In this document: positions 22,413-34,300 of the stretch, in pieces
Layout of the letters: the number at the start of each line of letters is the position of its first letter
How positions within the stretch are numbered: the first letter of the stretch is position 1
From: Mobula hypostoma
Taxonomy: Eukaryota
Assembly: GCF_963921235.1 (NCBI RefSeq)
Contig: NC_086108.1
Span: 99,078,001 to 99,142,000, forward strand
DNA: 64,000 nt
Reading direction: 5' to 3'
Notes under the pieces: generated by a model
What the model saw: the letters and a program-made list of their open reading frames with translations, nothing else
Database searches by the model: none
What the model was told of the DNA's origin: nothing
Program-made: the position numbers and the translations under genes

Positions 22413-23029
22413 GACTGAGGCTCTAACATTAATGCTATAATTATTCTGTCCGAGTCTGCTGGAGGCTGGAGGCCAAAGAAGCTGGCCTGTGTTAGTGTTA
22501 GAGGACTGTGCGTGCACGTGGATGGGTAGGTGGTAGGGAGAGAGGAAAGGTGGCTGTTTTGCTGCTTTGTTTTGTTGCTTCTTGTGTTCAGTTCCGTTCG
22601 GTCTAGCACCGTGTCGTTCATTGATCGTAGGCTGCAGAGTCCGTCCATCCAGATCAAAATTGCGCAAAATAGCTAAAGAAAAGGAGTAACCAGAAGCCAG
22701 AAACATGTCAAGACATGAACTGCAGAATCCTCTAAAAACAAGTCCAATCCACAAACCACGCCGATCAAACCTTGCCCAAGATCCAAGACTCGGGCAACAG
22801 CAAAAAAGAGGGAGAGGGAGACCAGTGAAATGCAGGAAGACAGCGCTGAACACCCGCTTGCCTTCTGCCCTCATCCTCGTTGATTTCAATCTGGCTTGAG
22901 GGTTTAATTGATGAGTTGGTCAAGAACTGGTTCTTGCTCCGCCATTAGGCTACACATTCCATTCCCAACCTTGCTCTCAACCACTCTCAAGAAAGTCCAG
23001 AGATAACCAGCAGTGAATTACCATCCACA

Positions 23030-23213
23030 AACAAGAGCAAATCTACAGATGCTGGAAATCCGAGCAACACACACAAAGTGCTGGAGGAATTCAGCAGTCC
23101 TGGTAGCATCTATGTAAAAAAGTATAGTTGGGGTCTTGGCCCAAAATGGCGACTATTACTCTCTTCCACAGATGCTGCTTGGCCTGCTGAGTTCCTCCAG
23201 CATTTTGTGTGTG
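23030..23213. mobile_element. Short palindromic PLE-derived element
   Basis: Inverted arms CACACACAAAGTGCTGGAGGAATTCAGCAG (23068-23097) / CTGCTGAGTTCCTCCAGCATTTTGTGTGTG (23184-23213). Confidence 0.7.
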
Positions 23214-23483
23214 AATAACCACCCTCTCACTGTCTACGATGAATATGATAGTAAACTTGGATGTCTTTTCTATTTATGGCTGGCTCCTGAGCCGGGAGTA
23301 TCCTGGCCAAGATGATATACAACGGATCAGGGATCTACTTTATTTGCCAAATAGCTGCGGTACATTTACATTTATTAGGAAATTACTGTGGTTTGTTTAT
23401 CAGGGCACGACGTGCAACAGAAAGAAAAACACTCAACAATTACAAAAAATTACATAAGATATAAAGTTAGAGGTTGAAGTATT

Positions 23484-26400
23484 CTTTTCTTTTTAAATCT
23501 TTTTATTGAGTAAGTATACAAAAAAGGTAAACCATATAAACATTCATACAATGTTAAAGTATAATAAAATTCCAAAAGATATCAATACCAAAAAAAATAC
23601 TACAAACAATGTAATTTAAACATAAGAAACCAAGATAACATAATAGTATACTAAATTTTATATATATCAATGGAAAAAAAAAAGAAAAAAACCCCCCCAA
23701 AAAAAACCCACCGTGCAGCTAACTAAAAGCAAGGCAAAGCAATGGGCTAACTTGAAACCAAACAGAGTTAAACTTAAAATCACGTCCTCAATCCCGACCT
23801 CCATTAAAAACAGTGAAAAAAAACAAGAAGGGTAAATATTACATTAAATGAAAATATCGAATAAAAGGTCCCCAAATCTGTTCAAATTTAAATGAAGAAA
23901 CATAAAGGTTACTTCTAATTTTCTCCAAATTCAAACATAAAATCGTCTGAGAAAACCAAAAAAAGGTAGTTGGAGCATTAAGCTCTTTCCAATGTTGTAA
24001 AATACATCTTTTTGCCATTAAAGTAAGAAATGCAATCATTCTACGGGCTGAAGGGGAAAGATTACTAGAAATTTTAGGTAGTCCAAAGATAGCAGTAATA
24101 GGGTGAGGAGAGATATCTATATTTAATACCTTAGAAATAATATTGAAAATATCTCTCCAAAAAGTTTCCAAAGTAGGGCAAGACCAAAACATATGAGTTA
24201 AAGAGGCTATCTGCCCCAAACATCTATCACAGAAAGGATTAATATGCGAGTAAAAACGCGCTAACTTATCTTTGGACATATGTGCTCTATGAACCACTTT
24301 AAATTGAATTAGGGAATGTTTAGCACAAATAGAGGAAGTATTAACTAATTGTAAAATCTGCCCCCAATCATCCACAGAAATGGTAAGCCCCAATTCCTGT
24401 TCCCAATCTACCCTAATCTTATCAAATGGAGCTTTCCTAAGTTTCATAATAATATTATAAATCATAGCCGATGCACCTTTCTGACATGGATTAAGGTTAA
24501 TTATCGAATCTAAAATATATGTAGGAGGAAGCATTGGAAAGGAAGAAAGTATAGTACTTAGGAAATTTCTAACTTGTAAATATCTAAAAAAATGTATTCT
24601 TGATAAGTTATATTTATTAGATAATTGTTCAAAAGACATAAGGGAACCATCTAAAAATAAATCCAAAAACCGTAAAATACCCTTAGTCTTCCAAGTTTGA
24701 AAAGCGCGATCCGTAAAAGAGGGAGGAAAAAATATGTTACCTACAATAGGAATCGCTAACCCGAATTGATTAAGATCAAAAAATTTTCTGAATTGAAACC
24801 AAATGCGCAAAGCATATTTAACTATCGGGTTAGAAACCTGCTTAAGACGTTTCGAATCAAAAGGGAGAGAAGAGCCTAAAATAGAACCAAGTGTATAACC
24901 CTGAACAGATTGTAATTCCAATGCTACCCATTTAGGAATAGATACTATGTCCTGGTCAAGTAACCAAAATTTCATATGTCGAATATTAATAGCCCAATAA
25001 TAGAATCTAAAGTTAGGTAATGCTAAACCTCCATCTCTCTTAGCTTTCTGTAAATGTATTTTACCCAGTCTCGGATTCTTATTCTGCCAAATAAATGAAG
25101 AAATTTTAGAGTCAACTTTATCAAAAAAAGATTTTGGAACGAAAATTGGTAATGCCTGAAACACATATAAAAATTTTGGCAAAAAAAACATCTTAACTGC
25201 ATTAATACGACCAATCAAAGTTAAATATAAGGGAAACCATTTAGATGAAAGTTGAGTAATATGGTCTATTAATGGTAAAAAGTTAGTCTTAAATAAATCT
25301 TTGTATTTACAAGTAATTTTAATCCCAAGATATGAAAAGTAATTATTAATCAATTTAAATGGAAATTTATAATATAAGGGAAGATGTTTATTAATCGGAA
25401 AAAGTTCACTCTTACTAAGATTTAATTTATAACCTGAGAAAAGACCAAATTGTGCTAATAACTCTAAAACAGCAGGAATGGATTTCTCAGGATTAGAAAT
25501 ATATAAAAGTAAATCATCAGCATAGAGTGATAATTTATGGGACTTTAATCCCCGAGTTATCCCAGTAATATTTGAAGATTCTCGAATAGCAATTGCAAGA
25601 GGTTCTAATGCAATATCAAATAATAGGGGACTAAGAGGACAGCCTTGTCAAGTACCACGAAAGAGAGGAAAAAAAGGTGAGTTTAAAGAGTTAGTACGAA
25701 CCGAGGCTACAGGGGAATGATATAACAGTTTAATCCAGGATATAAATTTCAAGCTAAAATTAAACATTTCAAGCACCTTAAATAAATAAGGCCATTCTAC
25801 TCTATCAAAAGCTTTCTCGGCATCTAAAGAAATAACACACTCAGGAACATTTTGTGAGGGAGTATAAACGATATTTAACAATGTACGAATATTATAAAAA
25901 GAGTAACGACCTTTAATAAAACGCGTCTGGTCTTCCGAAATAATAGAAGGAAGTACTTTTTCTAGTCTATTTGCTAATAACTTAGAAAAAACTTTAGAAT
26001 CAACATTTAATAAAGATATTGGTCTATAAGATGCACATTGAGCAGGGTCTTTATCCTTCTTTAGTATTAGAGAAATTGATGCTCTATTAAAAGATTCAGG
26101 AAGTTTACCAAGTTTCAAAGAAGCCTCAAAAACCCTACAGAGCCAAGGAATCAATAAAGAAGCAAAACATTTATAAAATTCAACGGTAAACCCATCAGGG
26201 CCAGGAGCTTTCCCCAGATTCATAGAAAAAATAACATTCTTAATCTCATCCATTGTAATGGAAGTATCTAATAAAGAAGACATATCCTGTGAAATCTGAG
26301 GGAAGTCTAACTTATCTAAAAAATCATTCATATATTTAGAATCTCGAGGAGACTCTGATTGATATAAAGAAGAATAAAAATCACAAAAGGTTTGATTAAT

Positions 26401-26743
26401 CCCCACATGATCCAGTATCAATCGATCATTTTGGTTATAAATCTGATTGATTTGAGATTTAACATAATTAGATTTCAATTGATTAGCCAGCAACTTGCCA
26501 ATTTTGTCACTGTGAACATAAAAGTCACTTCTTGTTTTCTTTAATTGGTTTACAATCGAGGAGGAGAGTAGTAAACTGTGTTCCATTTGAAGTTCAGTTC
26601 TTTGTTTGTATAACTCCTCAGAAGGAGCCATAACATATTTCTTATCAATTTCTTTAATCTTGTCCACAATTGCCGTCTCCTCCTGCTTCTGTTTCTTCCT
26701 CAAAGCAACAGAATACGAAATAATCTGACCCCGAATATAGGCT
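23484..26743 (-). mobile_element. 5'-truncated L1-clade LINE, recent insertion
   Basis: Perfect 17-bp TSD TTAGAGGTTGAAGTATT (23467-23483 and 26744-26760). AATAAA (23502-23507) plus an A-rich tail. ORF2 motifs present. Confidence 0.95.
23839..26743 (-). pseudogene. L1 ORF2 (RT and CCHC finger; endonuclease lost), one in-frame stop
   Basis: KAPGPDGF, YRPISLLNVD, SLDAEKAFDRV, GT*QGCPLSPLLF (TGA at 25648-25650), YADD at 25513-25524, YLGI and CDRC..HMFWSC. The two listed ORFs are in frame; I translated the 98 codons between them and found no further stop. Confidence 0.93.
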
Positions 26744-26814
26744 TTAGAGGTTGAAGTATTGATACGTAATAAAATGTGCATGAATACATAAATACCAGCA
26801 TGTATTTATGGAAT

Positions 26815-27048
26815 ATTCAAAGAGGAATTTCTTTCACAAGAGAGTGGTGAATCTGTGGCCACAGGCGGCTGTAGAGGCCAAGTCACTGGGTATATTTAAG
26901 GCAGAAATGGATAGAATCTTGATTAGTCAGGGCATGAAGGGATACAGGGAGAAAGCAGGAGACTGGGGCTGCAAGGGAAATGGGTCAGTCATGATTACTT
27001 GATGGGCCAAATGGCCTAATTCTGCTCCTATATCTTATGGGGTTATGG
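26815..27048 (+). mobile_element. CR1 LINE 3' fragment
   Basis: RNFFHKRVVNLW..AVEAKSLGIFKAEMDR in ORF 26808-27002. Confidence 0.8.
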
Positions 27049-27049
27049 T

Positions 27050-27500
27050 ATTTACAAGGTAATAAGCATTGTTACAAGTGGTTTAAAGTGTTTACTGTGC
27101 GGTGCAGTGACAGGGTAATAGATACAGGAGAGTGTGGTGACGAACTAGAACGTTTGATCCGATTAATTGCCTGGGGAAAGAAACTTTTCAGATGGTGTGC
27201 AGTTTTTATTTTAAAATTCCTAAACCACTTTCCAGAAAGGAGCTTTTGCAAAAGGCAGTTTGTCTGCAGTGATTTTTCCTGCCTTTTTCATTATCCTGGA
27301 GATATACAAGTCCTGCAGTGATGGCATAGTGCACCCATTGACATTCTCTGCTGACAGCTTCTTGTATTTCAGATATTCTGTGAGGACACTGCACCAAACC
27401 AGACAATAATGGCTGATGTAAGGATGCTCTCTTTGAAGGCAGTGTGGAATTGGACCAGTATATTCTGGGGAAGATGGAACAAGCCATTGCAAGACTGAAG
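27050..27500 (-). mobile_element. Degenerate LINE 3' fragment (Rex1/L2-like), probable host of the L1 and CR1 insertions, continuing at ~23365-23483
   Basis: PSLQDLYISRIMKKAGKITAD and a HLKSFFPQAI.RI-like segment, resembling the Rex1 C-terminus. Confidence 0.5.
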
Positions 27501-27939
27501 GCAGGTCACAAAACCAATAGGACATATAGTTGTGGGAGGGGTGATTAAACAGGAAGAGTTGTTACCACTAACCTCCAGGTTTCAGGACAACTGATTTGAG
27601 TCTTTGCACAATCTTCAGCTATAGATAACAAAGATAGCAGAACACCTTGCCATCTTCTACTGAGTTTGGTGAAATTAACTTTGAACTTTACTCTGTTCAC
27701 TTCATTGGGAATGCCTTCTGGTTTAAAACACAATGGCTCTGGTTAGCACAGTGGGTAAGTGACTAGACTAATTTTGACTTTAGCAAAACACCTGGATCAT
27801 TTGTACAGCAGCTGAGAAATTTAAATTCAAGTAATTAAGAAAAGACTTGAAGTTTAGCACTGTATCTGTAACAAGTACGCAATGAGGTTAATGGGTTATT
27901 ATTAAAACTCACAAGATTCACTCCCAACCCTCAGGGAAG

Positions 27940-28380
27940 GAAAACACCGAGATTCTGCAGACACTGGAAATCTTGAACAAGACACGCAAAGGTGGAGGAA
28001 CTCAGCACACCAGGCAGCATCTGTGGAGGAAGAAGTTTTGGCCCGAGACCCACAAGGGGGACGATGGGTGTGCACATAATATTCCATCTGGGGAGCCTCC
28101 AACCTGACAGCATGAACACTGATTTCTCCAGATTCCGATAATATCTCCCCCACCTGCACTTCCGTCATTTCAACTCCCTCTTCAGGCTCCCTTCTCATCC
28201 CGTCTCTTCTCTTCACCTGTCCATCATGTCCCTCCAGTGCTGCCCCTCCTTCCGTTTCTTCCTCTATACCAGCTTATCAGATTCCTTCTTCTACAGTCCT
28301 TCACCTTTTTCACCTCCCTCGCAACACCCACCTTCCCCCTCACCTGGATTCACCCACAGCACACAGCATGTTCTCCTTAT
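27940..28380. mobile_element. PLE remnant: inverted end (27940-28051, -) plus GIY-YIG C-terminus and pseudo-LTR (+, 28079-28380) running into the satellite
   Basis: 28079-28141 translates IFHLGSLQPDSMNTDFSRFR*, compared with IFRLGCLQPDGINIDFSNFR* in the first element. A pyrimidine-rich pseudo-LTR follows. Confidence 0.82.
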
Positions 28381-31300
28381 ACCCCTCACCACCTCACCTA
28401 CACCAGACAAAATGTACTCCTTAACCCCCTCACCACCTCACCTACACCAGACAGCATGTACCCTTTATCCCCTCACCACCTCACCTACACCAGACAGCAT
28501 GTACCCTTTATCCCCCTCACCACCTCACCTACACCAGACAGCATGTACTCCTTAACACCCTCACCTACACCAGACAGCATGTACTCCTTATCCGTCCCTC
28601 ACCCCCTCACCTACACCAGACAGCATGTACTCCTTATCCCCCCCTCGCCACCTCACCTACACCAGACAGCATGTACTCCTTAACCCCCTCACCACCTCAC
28701 CTACACCAGACAGCATGTACTCCTTAACCCCCTCAGCACCACACCTACACCAGACAGCATGTACTCCTTATCCCCCTCACCACCTCACCTACACCAGACA
28801 GCATGTACTCCTTATCCCCCCCTCACCAGCTCACCTACACCAGACAGCATGTACTCCTTATCCCTCCCTCACCACCTCACCTACACCAGACAGCATGTAC
28901 TCCTTATCGCCCCCTCACCAGCTCACCTACACCAGGCAGCATTTACTCCTTAACCCCCCTCACCACCTCACCTACACCAGACAGCATGTATTCCTTACAC
29001 CCCACTCACCACCTCACCTACACCAGATAGCATGTACTCCTTATCCCCCTGAACACCTCACATACACCAGACAGCATGAACTCCTTACCCCCCTCACCAC
29101 CTCACCTACACCAGACAGCATGTACTCCTAATCCCCCCTCACCACCTCACCTACACCAGACAGCATGTACTCCTTATACCCCTCACCACCTCAAATACAC
29201 CAGACAGCATGTACTCCTTATCCCACTCACCACCTCACCTACACCAGACAGCATGTACTCCTTATCCCCCCCTCAACACCACACCTACACCAGGCAGCAT
29301 GTACTCCATATCCCGCTCACCACCTCACCTACACCAGACAGCGTGTACTCCTTATCCCCCCTTCGCCACCTCACCTACAGCAGACAGCATGAACTCCTTA
29401 ACCCCCTCACCACCTCACCTACACCAGACAGCATGTACTCCTTATCCCCCTCACCACCTCACCTACACCAGACAGCATGTACTCCTTATCCCCCTCACCA
29501 CCTCACCTACACCAGACAGCATGTACTCCTTATCCCCCTCACCACCTCACATACACCAGACAGCATGTACTCCTTATCCCCCCTCACCACCTCACCTACA
29601 CCAGACAGCATGTACTCCTTATCCCCCTCACCACCTCACCTGCACCAGACAGCAAGTACTCCTTACCCCCCCTCACCACCTCACCTACACCAGACAGCAT
29701 GTACTCCTTACCCCACCTCACCACCTCATCTACACCAGACAGTATGTACTCCTTATCCCTCCCTCACCACCTCACCTACACGAGACAGCATGTACTCCTT
29801 ATCATCCCCTCACCACCTCACCTACACCAGACAGCATGTACTCCTTATCCCCCTCACCACCTCACCTACACCAGACAGCATGTACTCCTTATCCCCCCGT
29901 CACCACCTCACCTACACCAGACAGCATGTACTCCTTATCCCTCCCTCACCACCTCACCTACACCAGACAGCATGTACTCCTTATCCCCCCGTCACCACCT
30001 CACCTACACCAGACAGCATGTACTCCTTATCCCCCTCACCACCTCACCTACACCAGACAGCATGTACTCCTTATCCCCCTCACCACCTCACCTACACCAG
30101 ACAGCATATACTCCTTCCCCCTCACCACCTCACCTACACCAGAAAGCATGTACTCCTTACCCCCTCAGCACCTCACCTACACCAGACAGAATGTACTCCT
30201 TATCCCCCCTCACCACCTCACCTACACCAGACAGCATGTACTCCTTACCCCACCTCACCACCTCATCTACACCAGACAGCATGTACTCCTTATCCCCCTC
30301 AGCACCTCACCTACACCAGACAGCATGTACTCCTTATCCCCCTCACGACCTCACCTTCACCAGACAGCATGTACTCCTTATCCCCCCCTCACCACCTCAC
30401 CGACACCAGACAGCATGTACTCCTTATCCCCCTCACCACCTCACCTACACCAGACAGCATGTACTCCTTATCCCCCCCTCACCACCTCACCTACACCAGA
30501 CAGCATGTACTCCTTATCCCCCGTCAACACCACACCTACACCAGACAGCATGTACTCCTTATCCCCCCTCACCACCTCACCTACACCAGACAGCATGTAC
30601 TCCTTATCCCCCTCACCACCTCACCTACACCAGACAGCATGTACTCCTTATCCCCCTCACCACCTCACCTATACCAGACAGCATGTACTCCTTATCCCCT
30701 TCACCACCTCACCTACACCAGACAGCATGTACTCCTTATCCCCCTCACCACCTCACCTACACCAGACAGCATGTACTCCTTATCCCCCTCACCACCTCAC
30801 CTACACCAGACAGCTTGTACTCCTAATCCCCCTCACCACCTCACATACACCAGACAGCATGTACTCCTTATCCCCCGTCACCACCTCACCTACACAAGAC
30901 AGCATGTACTCCTTATCCCCCCCTCACCACCTCACCTACACCAGACAGCATGTACTCCTTATCCCCCCTCGCCACCTCACCTACACCAGACAGCATGTAC
31001 TCCTTATCCCCCTCACCACCTCACCTACACCAGACAGCATGTACTCCTTAACCCCGTCACCACCTCACCTACACCAGACAGCATGTACTCCTTATCCCCC
31101 GTCACCACCTCACCTACACAAGACAGCATGTACTCCTTATCCCCCCTCACCACCTCACCTACACCAGACAGCGTGTACTCCTTATCCCCCCCTCGCCACC
31201 TCACCTACACCAGACAGCATGTACTCCTTATCCCCCTCACCACCTCACCTACACCAGACAGCATGTACTCCTTATCCCCCCTCACCAGCTCACCTACACC

Positions 31301-34300
31301 AGACAGCATGTACTCCTTAACCCCCTCACCACCTCGCCTACACCAGACAGCATGTACTCCTTATCACCCCGTCACCACCTCACCTACACCAGACAGCATG
31401 TACTCCTTATCCCCCGTCACCACCTCACCTACACAAGACAGCATGTACTCCATATCCCGCTCACCACCTCACCTACACCAGACAGCATGTACGCCATATC
31501 CCCCCTCACCACCTCACCTACACCAGACAGCGTGTACTCCTTATCCCCCCCTCGCCACCTCACCTACACCAGACAGCTTGTACTCCTTATCCCCCCTCAC
31601 CACCTCACCTACAGCGGACAGCATGTACTCCTTAACCCCCCCACCACCTCACCTACACCAGACAGCATGTACTCCTTATCCCCCTCACCACCTCACCGAC
31701 ATCAGACAGCAGGTACTCCTGACCCCCCTCACCACCTCACCTGCACCAGACAGCATGTACTCCTTAACCCCCTCACCACCTCACCGACACCAGACAGCAT
31801 GTACTCCTTATCCCCCCCTCACCAGCTCACCTACACCAGACAGCATGTACTCCTTATCCCTCCCTCACCACCTCACCGACACCAGACAGCATGTACTCCT
31901 TATCCCCCCCTCACCAGCTCACCTACACCAGACAGCATGTACTCCTTATCCCCCTCACCACCTCACATACACCAGACAGCATGTACTCCTTATCCCCCTC
32001 ACCACCTCACCTGCACCAGACAGCAAGTACTCCTTACCCCGCCTCACCATCTCACCTACACCAGACAGCATGTACTCCTTATCCCCCTCACCACCTCACC
32101 TACACCAGACAGCATGTACTCCTTACCCCCTCAGCACCTCACCTACACCAGACAGAATGTACTCCTTATCCCCCCTCACCACCTCACCTACACCAGACAG
32201 CATGTACTCCTTATCCCCACCTCACCACCTCACCTACACCAGACAGCATGTACTCCGTATCCCCCTCACCACCTCACCTACACCAGACAGCATGTACTCC
32301 TAATCCCCCCTCACCACCTCACCTACACCAGACAGCATGTACTCCTTATCCCCCTCACCACCTCAAATACACCAGACAGCATGTACTCCTTATCCCACTC
32401 ACCACCTCACCTACACCAGACAGCATGTACTCCTTATCCCCCCCTCACCACCTCACCTACACCAGACAGCATGTACTCCTTATCCCCCCTCAACACCACA
32501 CCTACACCAGGCAGCATGTACTCCATATCCCGCTCACCACCTCACCTACACCAGACAGCGTGTACTCCTTATCCCCCCTTCGCCACCTCACCTACAGCAG
32601 ACAGCATGAACTTCTTAACCCCCTCACCACCTCACCTACACCAGACAGCATGTACTCCTTATCCCCCTCACCACCTCACCTACACCAGACAGCATGTACT
32701 CCTTATCCCCCTCACCACCTCACCTACACCAGACAGCATGTACTCCTTATCCCCCTCACCACCTCACACACACCAGACAGCATGTACTCCTTATCCCCCC
32801 TCACCACCTCACCTACACCAGACAGCATGTACTCCTTATCCCCTTCACCACCTCACCTGCACCAGACAGCAAGTACTCCTTACCCCCCCTCACCACCTCA
32901 CCTACACCAGACAGCATGTACTCCTTACCCCACCTCACCACCTCATCTACACCAGACAGTATGTACTCCTTATCCCTCCCTCACCACCTCACCTACACGA
33001 GACAGCATGTACTCCTTATCATCCCCTCACCACCTCACCTACACCAGACAGCATGTACTCCTTATCCCCCTCACCACCTCACCTACACCAGACAGCATGT
33101 ACTCCTTATCCCCCTCACCACCTCACCTACACGAGACAGCATGTACTCCTTATCATCCCCTCACCACCTCACCTACACCAGACAGCATGTACTCCTTATC
33201 CCCCTCACCACCTCACCTACACCAGACAGCATGTACTCCTTATCCCCCCGTCACCACCTCACCTACACCAGACAGCATGTACTCCTTATCCCTCCCTCAC
33301 CACCTCACCTACACCAGACAGCATGTACTCCTTATCCCCCCGTCACCACCTCACCTACACCAGACAGCATGTACTCCTTAACCCCCTCACCACCTCACCT
33401 ACACCAGACAGCATGTACTCCTTATCCCCCTCACCACCTCACCTACACCAGACAGCATATACTCCTTCCCCCTCACCACCTCACCTACACCAGACAGCAT
33501 GTACTCCTTACCCCCTCAGCACCTCACCTACACCAGACAGAATGTACTCCTTATCCCCCCTCACCACCTCACCTACACCAGACAGCATGTACTCCTTACC
33601 CCACCTCACCACCTCATCTACACCAGACAGCATGTACTCCTTATCCCCCTCAGCACCTCACCTACACCAGACAGCATGTACTCCTTATCCCCCTCACCAC
33701 CTCACCTTCACCAGACAGCATGTACTCCTTATCCCCCCCTCACCACCTCACCGACACCAGACAGCATGTACTCCTTATCCCCCTCACCACCTCACCTACA
33801 CCAGACAGCATGTACTCCTTATCCACCCCTCACCACCTCACCTACACCAGACAGCATGTACTCCTTATCCCCCCCTCACCACCTCACCTACACCAGACAG
33901 CATGTACTCCTTATCCCCCGTCAACACCACACCTACACCAGACAGCATGTACTCCTTATCCCCCCTCACCACCTCACCTACACCAGACAGCATGTACTCC
34001 TTATCCCCCTCACCACCTCACCTACACCAGACAGCATGTACTCCTTATCCCCCTCACCACCTCACCTATACCAGACAGCATGTACTCCTTATCCCCTTCA
34101 CCACCTCACCTACACCAGACAGCATGTACTCCTTATCCCCCTCACCACCTCACCTACACCAGACAGCGTGTACTCCTTATCCCCCCCTCACCACCTCACC
34201 TACACCAGACAGCATGTACTCCTTATCCCCCCTCGCCACCTCACCTACACCAGACAGCATGTACTCCTTATCCCCCCTCACCACCTCACCTACACCAGAC

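Noticed and set aside
22254..22889. 211-aa minus-strand ORF
   Set aside because: It spans a PLE fragment and other repeat-like pieces, so it is a chimeric reading with no domain.
28103..28117. CCTGACAGCATGAAC in the GIY-YIG coding end as the source of the monomer
   Set aside because: It matches only 15 bp of the monomer, whereas the junction unit and the 17063-17106 paralogue align over its whole length. A contribution is not excluded.
28681..28686. TAACCC telomere-like hexamer in variant monomers
   Set aside because: Isolated single hexamers arising from a T>A change, never in tandem.
28861..28876. Match to the human PRDM9 motif CCTCCCTNNCCAC in some monomers
   Set aside because: The motif is specific to human PRDM9 alleles and is easily matched by C-rich sequence.
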